From a virus: a stretch of DNA of 37,473 nt. Below the pieces are notes generated by a model. The model saw only the letters and a program-made list of their open reading frames with translations. It had not been told where the DNA came from and searched no databases. A program made the position numbers and the translations under genes. The stretch covers positions 1-37,473 of the IMG/VR virus record IMGVR_UViG_2648501629_000001. The stretch is one strand, 5' to 3'. The first letter of the stretch is position 1. Each line of letters opens with the position of its first letter. This document shows, piece by piece, positions 25,857-34,659 of the stretch.

Positions 25857-27188
25857 ATGGATATATTACAAGTTGCAGAAGTTATTAAACAAATTGGTGG
25901 AACATCAAGCAAGAAGGCTAAAGAGGAAATTATCTCACTTCACAAAGAAGATTCACTGTTTGGAGAGGTTTTAAATTTCATCTTTAACCCATATATTAAA
26001 ACGAATATAGCGAAGAAAAAGCTAAACAAGGACGTTAGCGTTGACCCACACCAATTCGTACCGTTATATACATTCGAAGAGTACATGAGTTTTTTGGGGG
26101 TCAACACAGGAAAAAATGTAGATATTTTTAAAGTTCAACAATATATCTCGTCTCAGCCAAAAGAGATTCATTGGTTACTAGAAGCGATGGCGACAAAAGA
26201 TTTAAAGATTGGCGCAACATCATCTACTATCAATAAGGCGTTCGGATATAGCTTCATTCCAACGTTTGAATTGATGCTTGCTGAGAAGTATATCGAGACG
26301 AAAAAAATCAAAGGTGTTCCAAAAGTATATGAGCATTGGAAAAGATACCTTGAGAAGCGTGTAATTGCCACCCCTAAGCTTGATGGCAATCGCAATGCAA
26401 TATTCGTTCGTGAGGATGGCAAGGTTACGCTATACTCTCGTGAAGGGCATGTCTTCGAAGGGTGTGTCGAAATAGAAGAGGCATTAGCATCGTATCCAAG
26501 AGGTTTTGTATATGATGGAGAACTACTAGCTACGAATGAAGAAGGTCTAAATTCAAAATTATTATTTAAGAAAACAAACAAAATTATTAAAAAGAAAGGA
26601 GAAAAGAGAGGTTTAGAATTCCACGCCTTTGATGTAATTCCAATTGAAGCATTTGAAAAAGGTGGATGGTTAGTAGCTTGTGAGAAACGAAAAGAAGCGC
26701 TAAAAGAAGTGATTGAAAAGAATCCACACCCATTGGTCAAGTATGTTGAACCAATTTACATTGGAATATTTGACAAGGAAAAAATTGACGCACTTGCAGA
26801 AGAGGCGAAAGAAAATGAAGAAGAGGGTATCATGGTTCAGCTCGCAGACGCACCATATGACTGCCGTAGAACTTTCGATATACTGAAAGTAAAATCATTC
26901 GAATCAGCAGATATCAGATGTTTAGATATTTACGAAGGTAAGAGTGGGAAAAACATTGGTCGTTTAGGTGGTTTAATCTGTGACTTCAAGGGGCATCCAG
27001 TCCGAATCGGTGGAGGGTTCTCTGATGAGTTGCGTGATGCTATTTGGGCAGACCCAAGCATGGTTATTGGAAAGATTGTAGAGATTCAATACTTTGAAGA
27101 ATTTGAAGATGAGGACGGAAACTTAGATTTACGATTCTCGGGTTTTAAAACAATTCGTGATGATAAGACTGAGCCTAGTTATTATTAA
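25857..27188 (+). CDS. ATP-dependent DNA ligase
   Basis: PKLDGNR (KxDG), YDGEL, FHAFD, EGIMV, LKVK, C-terminal OB-fold LRF. Confidence 0.95.
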   Translation: MDILQVAEVIKQIGGTSSKKAKEEIISLHKEDSLFGEVLNFIFNPYIKTNIAKKKLNKDVSVDPHQFVPLYTFEEYMSFLGVNTGKNVDIFKVQQYISSQPKEIHWLLEAMATKDLKIGATSSTINKAFGYSFIPTFELMLAEKYIETKKIKGVPKVYEHWKRYLEKRVIATPKLDGNRNAIFVREDGKVTLYSREGHVFEGCVEIEEALASYPRGFVYDGELLATNEEGLNSKLLFKKTNKIIKKKGEKRGLEFHAFDVIPIEAFEKGGWLVACEKRKEALKEVIEKNPHPLVKYVEPIYIGIFDKEKIDALAEEAKENEEEGIMVQLADAPYDCRRTFDILKVKSFESADIRCLDIYEGKSGKNIGRLGGLICDFKGHPVRIGGGFSDELRDAIWADPSMVIGKIVEIQYFEEFEDEDGNLDLRFSGFKTIRDDKTEPSYY

Positions 27189-27204
27189 TGCCTTGGATGG
27201 CAAT

Positions 27205-27249
27205 TGTAACATAACTGTAAAACAAAAGTATTGATACGTATGTTATAAT
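27205..27249 (+). promoter_or_regulatory. WalR box with extended -10 promoter
   Basis: TGTAAC-ATAAC-TGTAAA (27205-27221); TGt-TATAAT (27241-27249); no consensus -35. Confidence 0.7.
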
Positions 27250-27294
27250 TTCATTAGGCATCAAGTCTTTAGAGAAAAGAAGGGAATTGATATT

Positions 27295-28035
27295 GTGAAA
27301 ATTTTAAAATCAAAGGAGAGTGTTGGCAGGACAGCACTAGTTGTTACTACCGCCACAGCTATTACGTTTGGAGCAATGCTTTATAACGATAGCGTAGAAA
27401 TGGACAAATACAAGGGGCAACTAGGCAAGGCGCAGGTACAAATAGAACATCAACAAGCTGATTATAAGTCATTAGAGCAGAAGTTCTTAAGCGTCAAATC
27501 TCAAAGCGAACAGCTATCAGAGAAGCAGAAAGAATTAAGCGCTGTTATCGATACGCTATCACAAGAGAAAAGTGATATGAATGCTGAAAACGAAAAGCTT
27601 AAAAATGAAGTAGAACAATTAAAAAAGATTAAAGCTGATGCAGAGAAGGCAAAACAGGCAAAGCAAGAGCAAGTTAAAAGCGCCGAAAAAAAATCTTCTT
27701 CATCCAGTACTGTATCAGCAGGAGGCTATGAAAACTGGAGAAAAATAAATGTGCAAGCTACTGCTTATTCAACGTATGAAGCAGGGGATAAGCTTGCAGG
27801 ACAGTGGCAAGGATTAACGGCTACAGGTACGAGTGTACGTTGGGGAGTTATTGCTGTAGACCCTAGTGTGATTCCGTTAGGCTCTAAGGTATATATTCCT
27901 CAGTTTAACCAAACATTCACTGCTGAGGACACTGGGAACGCTATTAAAGGTAACATTATCGATATCTTCATGAATACCAACTCACAAGCGAATGACTGGG
28001 GAAGACGTAATATCGAAATCTACGTTCAGCCGTAA
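27295..28035 (+). CDS. Secreted coiled-coil plus 3D-domain cell-wall protein (YocH-type C-terminus)
   Basis: TM, coiled coil, ATAY...TATG...IAVDPSVIPLGSKVYI...AEDTG.AIKGNIIDIF. Confidence 0.9.
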   Translation: MKILKSKESVGRTALVVTTATAITFGAMLYNDSVEMDKYKGQLGKAQVQIEHQQADYKSLEQKFLSVKSQSEQLSEKQKELSAVIDTLSQEKSDMNAENEKLKNEVEQLKKIKADAEKAKQAKQEQVKSAEKKSSSSSTVSAGGYENWRKINVQATAYSTYEAGDKLAGQWQGLTATGTSVRWGVIAVDPSVIPLGSKVYIPQFNQTFTAEDTGNAIKGNIIDIFMNTNSQANDWGRRNIEIYVQP

Positions 28036-28109
28036 AAATAAAATAAATCTTTATTTTTTTCTTGACTACATTAAACAAAAGTATTAAAATAAAGGAGTGT
28101 TAAAGAATA

Positions 28110-28664
28110 GTGATTCAATTAGCATTTAATAACTGGATGGCAGGCTCGGGAAAAGATGCTTGTGCTGACTACTTAGTAGAGAAACATGGATTTAAAAAAT
28201 ATGCACTATCTGATGGTATTTATGAAGTTGCATATACCTACTATGGTATCCCACGAGGCACTCGACCTCCAAGAGAACTACTTATTCACATCGGAGAAAG
28301 TCTACGAAGCTACGACATTATGCTTTGGATTAATGATACACTTCGCAGAATCGCTGAGGATGGTCATGATAGAGTTATTATTACAGACGTAAGAAAGCTC
28401 CTTGAGCATTCCGTATTGGGCGAAAAAGGGTGGTATAATCTTATGATATACTGCGACCCTGCGGTAGCAATCGAACGTCTTGAACAGCGTGATGGAGAGG
28501 CTAAGGAAGAGTTAATTATGAATTCTAGCTTAGAAAACCAACTGCGACCTTTAAAAGACTATATGAAGACAATTGATAACTCAGATGATTTTGAAGAAAC
28601 TAAGAAAGAACTGGATGCTTTAGTACGGTTTCTAGAAGAATCTTCTTCCAAAAAAATAAGTTAA
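28110..28664 (+). CDS. (Deoxy)nucleoside monophosphate kinase-like P-loop protein
   Basis: AGSGKD, IITDVR, IDN. Confidence 0.8.
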   Translation: MIQLAFNNWMAGSGKDACADYLVEKHGFKKYALSDGIYEVAYTYYGIPRGTRPPRELLIHIGESLRSYDIMLWINDTLRRIAEDGHDRVIITDVRKLLEHSVLGEKGWYNLMIYCDPAVAIERLEQRDGEAKEELIMNSSLENQLRPLKDYMKTIDNSDDFEETKKELDALVRFLEESSSKKIS

Positions 28665-28684
28665 ACAAAATTATTAATAAAGTA

Positions 28685-28741
28685 TTGCAAAAGAACGCCT
28701 GTTCTGATATGATAAATTTACCAACAAGGAACAGGTGTTCG
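28685..28741 (+). promoter_or_regulatory. sigma-A promoter with two LexA (SOS/Cheo) boxes
   Basis: TTGCAA-17-TATGAT; AGAACGCCTGTTCT (28692-28705) in spacer and GGAACAGGTGTTCG (28728-28741) downstream. Confidence 0.75.
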
Positions 28742-28775
28742 AAAAAAGAAATACGGAAATGGGAGATAGATAGAC

Positions 28776-29015
28776 ATGGAAATTAAGAAGTACTCAAACA
28801 AAAGCGAGAATCACTACACTAAGGCATTGCGTTTTATCAAGGGTTCGAAAGTAAAATTCATCATAAGTTACTCAAAATCTCTTAATGGCAAGAAATGGCA
28901 CGATGATGATAAGAAAGCTAGAAAGTTTGGGTACTTCACCTCGAAAGAAAAGATGTATAGAGCTAAGGCGCTGATTATTGGTTGCCACAAATTAAGTCTT
29001 CTACTAATCAGCTAA
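28776..29015 (+). CDS. Small basic hypothetical protein
   Basis: GGGAG RBS. Confidence 0.7.
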   Translation: MEIKKYSNKSENHYTKALRFIKGSKVKFIISYSKSLNGKKWHDDDKKARKFGYFTSKEKMYRAKALIIGCHKLSLLLIS

Positions 29016-29058
29016 GTTGATAAAATGCGTATTTTAATAACTCTGAGGAGGAACTGAA

Positions 29059-29304
29059 TTGAAAAAACGTAATAGATTATTTTTAGAAAAGAAAGCTGAA
29101 TTCAAGAAAAATGAAAAGCATTTAAAAGGTCTTAAAAAAGGTCAGGGTAGAATTATCAGCAATAATCACTCACCTTATCACTACCATGAAATTGGAGCAG
29201 TTGTAGATATTACTGGCTTTAGAGTCTCAGGCGTTGATTGCTATGACAGTAAAGAGATGCTTGAACAAACAGTTAATCCTAAAGACATTGTAATCAAGCA
29301 ATAA
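29059..29304 (+). CDS. Hypothetical protein
   Basis: GAGGAGG RBS, TTG start. Confidence 0.7.
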   Translation: MKKRNRLFLEKKAEFKKNEKHLKGLKKGQGRIISNNHSPYHYHEIGAVVDITGFRVSGVDCYDSKEMLEQTVNPKDIVIKQ

Positions 29305-29307
29305 GCT

Positions 29308-29682
29308 ATGCCAAGAATAATCGTAGCAGGAAGTCGAGGATTCAATGATTATCGCAAGTTGGCAACAAATCTAGTAGCCTACTTCATGAGAAAAGGTTAC
29401 TATCCAAAAGATGTTGAGATTGTAAGTGGTACAGCAGATGGGGCTGACAAGATAGGAGAGCAATTCGCCATAAAAGGTGGATGCAAGCTTACTAGAATGC
29501 CTGCTGACTGGAGCATAGGAAGGCAAGCAGGATACATTAGAAACTGCGAAATGGCTGACTATGCACATGAAGACAATGATGGCGTGTGCTTCTGCTTTTG
29601 GGATGGAAAGAGCAAAGGAACGAAGCATATGATAGACATCGCAAGAAGAAAAGGATTGGAAGTCCATATTATAAACTATTAA
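29308..29682 (+). CDS. SLOG superfamily protein (DUF2493/YspA-like)
   Basis: IIVAGSR, IVSGTADGAD, ADW...AGYIRN.EMA, WDGKSKGT.HMI. Confidence 0.85.
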   Translation: MPRIIVAGSRGFNDYRKLATNLVAYFMRKGYYPKDVEIVSGTADGADKIGEQFAIKGGCKLTRMPADWSIGRQAGYIRNCEMADYAHEDNDGVCFCFWDGKSKGTKHMIDIARRKGLEVHIINY

Positions 29683-29710
29683 AATAAAACAAAACTTGGA
29701 GGAATTTATT

Positions 29711-30241
29711 ATGACAAACACAACTAAATTATATGCAGATGGTATTTTCGTAAGTGAGTGCGAAGCTTTAATTCACGATATCAAAATGGTAGAAGAAGCT
29801 AAGAAACACCTTTCAGAAGAGAAGTTCGATATGTTTTACAAGCAGTTCTGTGACAAAGTCCGTGAATCATTTGGTATCGAAGGTGTCCTTAGTGTTGTAT
29901 TAAGTGAAGATGAGAAAGAAGTGTACGTTCCATATTTCTCTATTAGCGCAACGGAAAAGAATAGCTACACATTAGGATTTGATTTTGAAGAGAACAACTT
30001 CTTTATTAAATTGGAACAGCATCCTGCTCTAGAAGTTATCGATTTAGAAATCGCAGAAGTTAAAGAAGAAATTGAATTTGCAGTAGACTTTGACGAAGCA
30101 AAAGATGCTGTTGAAAAATTAAATGGTCTATACGAGTTGCGAAAAGCTACAGAAGCTTGTGTTAAGAGCATGGAAGAACTTGAAAAGTTGGCTAAGTTTG
30201 TGTTTGCTATGCAATTATGCAAATGTATTGAAATGAAATAA
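29711..30241 (+). CDS. Hypothetical acidic protein
   Basis: Start moved to 29711 (GGAGG RBS). Confidence 0.8.
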   Translation: MTNTTKLYADGIFVSECEALIHDIKMVEEAKKHLSEEKFDMFYKQFCDKVRESFGIEGVLSVVLSEDEKEVYVPYFSISATEKNSYTLGFDFEENNFFIKLEQHPALEVIDLEIAEVKEEIEFAVDFDEAKDAVEKLNGLYELRKATEACVKSMEELEKLAKFVFAMQLCKCIEMK

Positions 30242-30259
30242 AGAGTAGGGGGAGTTATT

Positions 30260-30511
30260 ATGGTTACAGGAGCAACGATTCGAGAGCCAGTCTTCATCGA
30301 TATGGAGACTGGCTCTCAGATAGCAAATGGAATAGAAACAATAAATCTATCTAACTGGGATATGGATATGTCATCGTTGATACGAAATGAAGCGTATTAC
30401 TATGGTTCTCTGACAGTCAAGAAACCTTTAAACAGTTATTTAAGTCAAGGAATTGAAGCAGGAATGCATCATGAGTTTCTAGCAAGACAATATAACCAAA
30501 AACTAAACTAA
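30260..30511 (+). CDS. Hypothetical protein
   Basis: GGGGAG RBS. Confidence 0.7.
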   Translation: MVTGATIREPVFIDMETGSQIANGIETINLSNWDMDMSSLIRNEAYYYGSLTVKKPLNSYLSQGIEAGMHHEFLARQYNQKLN

Positions 30512-30531
30512 TCGAAAAGAGGAAACTAACC

Positions 30532-31935
30532 ATGTTAAAAGATATTCTTACAAATCCAGTAATGCTTACAGATGTTTATAACTTATCTCATCAACGCCTT
30601 AAGGTGAATACTGATTGGGAAGTATCACATATTTACAATCGCAAAGAGGGAATGATTTTATATGGCTTCGCTGAAATGGCAAATAGAATTCTAGAAATTC
30701 AGATTACAAATGCAATGATTAAACAAGCTAAAGAGTCGGCTGAGATTATGGGTGTTATCTTCCCTACAGAGCTGTTTGAGCGTGTTATAAAGGAATGTAA
30801 TGGCTATGTACCAATTCAAGTACAATCGCTCGCAGAAGGGACATGGTGTCCTGCAGGAACGCCATTTGCACAAGTTAGTAATACAGTTGAAGGCTTTGGT
30901 GAATTAGTAACTTGGTATGAAGGAATCTTCTTACACGCCTCATTCCCTTGTGGGACAGCAACAGAAGCATTCAAGATGCGTAAATATCTTGAAGAGATGA
31001 AAAAGATACATGGCTTCGATGATAGTTTCCTAATTCGTTTACACTCATTTGGATTCCGTGGACATCGTAGTTTAGAGGATGCTTACTGGGCAGGAACTTC
31101 TTGGAACATGTTCTTACATGGCTCAGATGATTTCCATACTATGATTCATACTCCAAACGCTAAAGTTAGCTCTATCCCTGCACTAGCTCATAAAGTTACT
31201 CAGCAGTACGATGTAGAGTACGATGGATACATTCATACGATTGATGCTACGGCAAAGGCAGGCGAAAAAATTGTTGCCATCGTTATTGACACTTACGATG
31301 CAAATCGATTCATTGATAGTTACCTAGTTCCACTTGCACACTACGCAAAAGAAAAAGGTGTTCACTTAGTTATTCGCCCTGATAGTGGAGATGTAAATGA
31401 GCAAGTGGTGGATGTATATCACAAGGTTCAAGCATATGAACTTACAAATGTTACAGCAATCATTGGAGAAGGCATGAGCTTCCAAAATGTAATGCGAACT
31501 GACTTCTTCTTCAAAATGCGACAAGTACCATTAACATTTGTAAGCTATGGAGTAGGTGGTGGATTCTACAATCACATTAATCGTGATACGTTGGGATTTG
31601 CAATGAAGACAGCATTTTCAAATGGCGCACCACGTATGAAGTTCGGTATGAATCCATTGAAACGCTCAATTCCTGATGCAGTAAATGTTTTACTAACAGA
31701 TGATAAAAAGATGTATGTAACACGTCAGAGCGCAGATAACATTAACGATTGCTTATATAAATTAGTTTATCACCATGACGATATGATGGATGAGCCAATT
31801 GTCAACTACCCGAAATGGGAAGAAACTCAAGAACGAGCAATGTCTTATATCCATGAAGAGAATCTGCAAGAGCATATCTTGCTACATGATGATATTAAAG
31901 AGCTTGTTAAAGAGTTCGAAAAGACTTACAGTTAA
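30532..31935 (+). CDS. nadV: Nicotinamide phosphoribosyltransferase (NAMPT/NadV family)
   Basis: TDVYNLSH, LHSFGFRG, SIPALAH, VIDTYD, VIRPDSGD, IIGEGM, NRDTLGFAMK. Confidence 0.85.
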   Translation: MLKDILTNPVMLTDVYNLSHQRLKVNTDWEVSHIYNRKEGMILYGFAEMANRILEIQITNAMIKQAKESAEIMGVIFPTELFERVIKECNGYVPIQVQSLAEGTWCPAGTPFAQVSNTVEGFGELVTWYEGIFLHASFPCGTATEAFKMRKYLEEMKKIHGFDDSFLIRLHSFGFRGHRSLEDAYWAGTSWNMFLHGSDDFHTMIHTPNAKVSSIPALAHKVTQQYDVEYDGYIHTIDATAKAGEKIVAIVIDTYDANRFIDSYLVPLAHYAKEKGVHLVIRPDSGDVNEQVVDVYHKVQAYELTNVTAIIGEGMSFQNVMRTDFFFKMRQVPLTFVSYGVGGGFYNHINRDTLGFAMKTAFSNGAPRMKFGMNPLKRSIPDAVNVLLTDDKKMYVTRQSADNINDCLYKLVYHHDDMMDEPIVNYPKWEETQERAMSYIHEENLQEHILLHDDIKELVKEFEKTYS

Positions 31936-31966
31936 ACAAAATTATTGAAAGTAGCAGGAGGAAATC

Positions 31967-32557
31967 ATGAAAACATTTAAGCTAGGATTCGTTATTGGTA
32001 GGTTTCAGCATATCCATTTGAGTCACAAGAAGATGATTAACACTGCTCTACAATCTTGCGAAAGAGTCATCCTTATGGTTGGCTCTTCCCAAGAGAGTGG
32101 AACAGAAAGAAATCCATTCAATCTATATACTCGTATGAACTTGATTCGAGAAGTATTTAAAGAAGAGATTAAAAATGGTACGTTGCTACTCGCTCATACT
32201 GACGATATGACGCATGAAGATGACCATAGCACAGCATGGGGAGACTTCCTTATCAAGAAAATTGATATGTGGAAAGGTCATTATGCTGTTCAAGATGAAG
32301 TTGACTGCTTTATCTATGGGAATGACGAAGAGAGAACAGCTTGGTTTAAACCAAAGGATATCGAGAAGATTAGTCACATTGTTTTATCTCGAAAGGCTGA
32401 CAATCTTAATGCTACAAATGTTAGAGGCTTAATGGCTCAAAATAAGAAGATGTCGTGGAACAATAATGTTCCATTGGAAATCATACCAATGTACCAAGAA
32501 TTGAGAAAAGAACTTATGGATATTCCATACTACAAAGAACTGGGGGAAAATAAATAA
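31967..32557 (+). CDS. NMN adenylyltransferase (NadM-like nucleotidyltransferase)
   Basis: IGRFQHIHLSH, GSSQE...RNPF...R, NAT.VR. Confidence 0.85.
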   Translation: MKTFKLGFVIGRFQHIHLSHKKMINTALQSCERVILMVGSSQESGTERNPFNLYTRMNLIREVFKEEIKNGTLLLAHTDDMTHEDDHSTAWGDFLIKKIDMWKGHYAVQDEVDCFIYGNDEERTAWFKPKDIEKISHIVLSRKADNLNATNVRGLMAQNKKMSWNNNVPLEIIPMYQELRKELMDIPYYKELGENK

Positions 32558-33111
32558 TGACAGCAAAAGTTACAGAACTATTCAAGAACAAATGGAACAC
32601 AGTGGTGGAGAAAGAAATGGACAACGGTTGTCGCTACGTCTACAACAAGGCTGAATGGTGTAATAGTCAAGGTGTAGCAATCCTTCCTTTTAGAAATGTT
32701 GTAGTAAATAATTGGGGATTCACAGAACGTGAATATCTTGGTCGATTTGAAGTATGTCCTGCACACTCAGAAGAGATTGAGTTATGTTCAATTACTGGTG
32801 GAATGGATAAAGAAGGCGAAGCTCCAGTTGTGACAGCGTGGCGAGAGCTTATTGAAGAGGGTGGCTATAAAGTTCCTGTTGAGAACATTATTTATCTTGG
32901 AACTGTGCGACCTAGCAAGGCTTCTGATACAACTACTCATTTATTCGCAGTAGATTTAGGAGATGGCTTTGAAGAAGTAGAGGCGACTGGTGACGGAACT
33001 ATTGGAGAAGAGGGAGCATACTGTGACTGGATTACAGGAAAACAATTAGCAGATGCAAAAGACCCTTTACTACATGCGATGGTTATGCGATTACTTACAA
33101 CAAGTAAATAA
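32557..33111 (+). CDS. Nudix hydrolase (probable ADP-ribose pyrophosphatase)
   Basis: Nudix box GGMDKEGE...AWRELIEEGG; overlaps NMNAT stop. Confidence 0.85.
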   Translation: MTAKVTELFKNKWNTVVEKEMDNGCRYVYNKAEWCNSQGVAILPFRNVVVNNWGFTEREYLGRFEVCPAHSEEIELCSITGGMDKEGEAPVVTAWRELIEEGGYKVPVENIIYLGTVRPSKASDTTTHLFAVDLGDGFEEVEATGDGTIGEEGAYCDWITGKQLADAKDPLLHAMVMRLLTTSK

Positions 33112-33131
33112 AAATATATTAAACAAAAGTA

Positions 33132-33176
33132 TTGAAATGTAAGTTGTGATGATTTATAATATCATTACAACTTACA
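33132..33176 (+). promoter_or_regulatory. sigma-A promoter embedded in a 16-bp inverted repeat
   Basis: TTGAAA-17-TATAAT; tgtaagttgtgatgat-ttataat-atcattacaacttaca. Confidence 0.7.
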
Positions 33177-33195
33177 AATAAGAGAGGAGAACGAC

Positions 33196-33795
33196 ATGAA
33201 AGGCGTAATTCAATTAACAGTTGAGGTTGATTACAACCAAATGATTACAGAAGATAAGCTAGAAGCATTACATGATTACACTGGCAAGTCTACAGAAGAA
33301 GCTTTACGACAATATCATTTTGAGCAGTTGTGCAAGGGAATTATGGCAACAGTAGATAATCGACCATTTACTCGATTTGATATTCAAGGAAGCTTCGTTC
33401 CAAATGAGATTCCTCAAGAAGAGAATATCGTTGCAGAAGAAAAAGAGGTTGAGGAAGAAAAAATTGATATCAAAGTAGCCCAAGAACACATCGAGAAGAT
33501 GGGTGAGGCAAGTCGTGCTGAGTTGGCTATTGAGCATCTTGACAAGGATATTGAGAGTATTTCTCTGACAAAAGGAATGCCTACTTTAATCAAAGTAAAC
33601 GAAGCTATGAAACATGCCCTAGAAAACAAGACTGGTGTATTGGTAAACTCTGAGAAAGAGAATAGCTTAATAGCATCGTATCAAGGATTCCCAGTCGCTA
33701 TAGAGAGTATGGAAGAGCTTTATATTATTGAGTACAAAGAATATATCACAAGTGAAACACAGCAATATCATAGAACAGCAGAGGAGCTAAACTAG
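33196..33795 (+). CDS. Hypothetical acidic protein
   Basis: GAGGAG RBS. Confidence 0.8.
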   Translation: MKGVIQLTVEVDYNQMITEDKLEALHDYTGKSTEEALRQYHFEQLCKGIMATVDNRPFTRFDIQGSFVPNEIPQEENIVAEEKEVEEEKIDIKVAQEHIEKMGEASRAELAIEHLDKDIESISLTKGMPTLIKVNEAMKHALENKTGVLVNSEKENSLIASYQGFPVAIESMEELYIIEYKEYITSETQQYHRTAEELN

Positions 33796-33799
33796 ATTT

Positions 33800-34450
33800 A
33801 TGGAATTATTATTTAGCATTAAGATAGAAACAATTGGATTTATTCTTCAAACATTAGGAAGTCTATTATTACTGGGTGGGTATGCTCCGCAGATTATCAA
33901 GCTTCATAGAACAAAGATACCAACTGGAATAAGCTTGCTATTTTGGACAATGGTTGGGATTGGTTGTACAGCAATCAACGTAAATATGATTATCTCGAAT
34001 GCACCATTTGAAGTAATCTTAACGCAATCATTAAACATGATTGGTGCATGGTACACTTTATTCTTAGTCATGTACTGTCGCAAGCTACATGGTATGCCAA
34101 TCAAAATTAACAAAACAATTGGTTTAATCGCATCGTTCTTAGCAGGGACTATGGTTTATCAGATTCAAGTTTTACCGATGGCTCAAGTGGGAATCATGTT
34201 CCAAACGATTGGTACTGTAGCATTATTAACAGCTTACATTCCACAAATCGTGTATCTTCACAAGGTTAAAGATGCTACTGGAATCTCACGATGGCTATTC
34301 ATTGTAATTGCAAGTGGATTACTGATGGTTACTGTTAATATGATTATTAGCAAGGTTAATATTGAAATCATTATTACTGAGTTCGTGAACATTGCATTAA
34401 TCCTAGTTCAGTATGCATTAACCGTATATTATCAGAGCAAGAATAAATAA
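33800..34450 (+). CDS. PQ-loop/SWEET-like transporter (two PQ repeats, ~7 TM)
   Basis: YAPQIIKLHRTK..TGIS and YIPQIVYLHKVK..TGIS internal duplication. Confidence 0.85.
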   Translation: MELLFSIKIETIGFILQTLGSLLLLGGYAPQIIKLHRTKIPTGISLLFWTMVGIGCTAINVNMIISNAPFEVILTQSLNMIGAWYTLFLVMYCRKLHGMPIKINKTIGLIASFLAGTMVYQIQVLPMAQVGIMFQTIGTVALLTAYIPQIVYLHKVKDATGISRWLFIVIASGLLMVTVNMIISKVNIEIIITEFVNIALILVQYALTVYYQSKNK

Positions 34451-34659
34451 AAAACATTGAACAAAAGTATTGAAATAAAATGAAAAAAGTAGTATACTGA
34501 TAAGGTGAGTAAGAGGCTGTAAAAAGCCTCTAATCCTCACTGAATTTAATTGTAAATTAATTAAGTCAGTGATTAAACAAAATTATTGAAATAAACAAAT
34601 CACTGATTTAAACGAAGTTATTAATTAAATTCAAATACAAGAAAGAGGTAGATTATTTC

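Noticed and set aside
26168-26740. 190-aa minus-strand ORF and similar antisense ORFs elsewhere
   Set aside because: Shadows of well-supported + strand genes (here DNA ligase); F/S/L-rich mirror composition
7330-27030. Other CTGATGA heptamers (about 7330, 9736, 12341, 13953, 27023)
   Set aside because: Inside coding sequence, and I saw no matching stems or GAAA/GTC arrangement for a hammerhead
30532-31935. NARP1-type Namat assignment
   Set aside because: No adjacent PRPP-synthetase-like Adps gene; the neighbouring NMNAT fits the NAMPT/NARP2 route better (enzymology needed to be sure)
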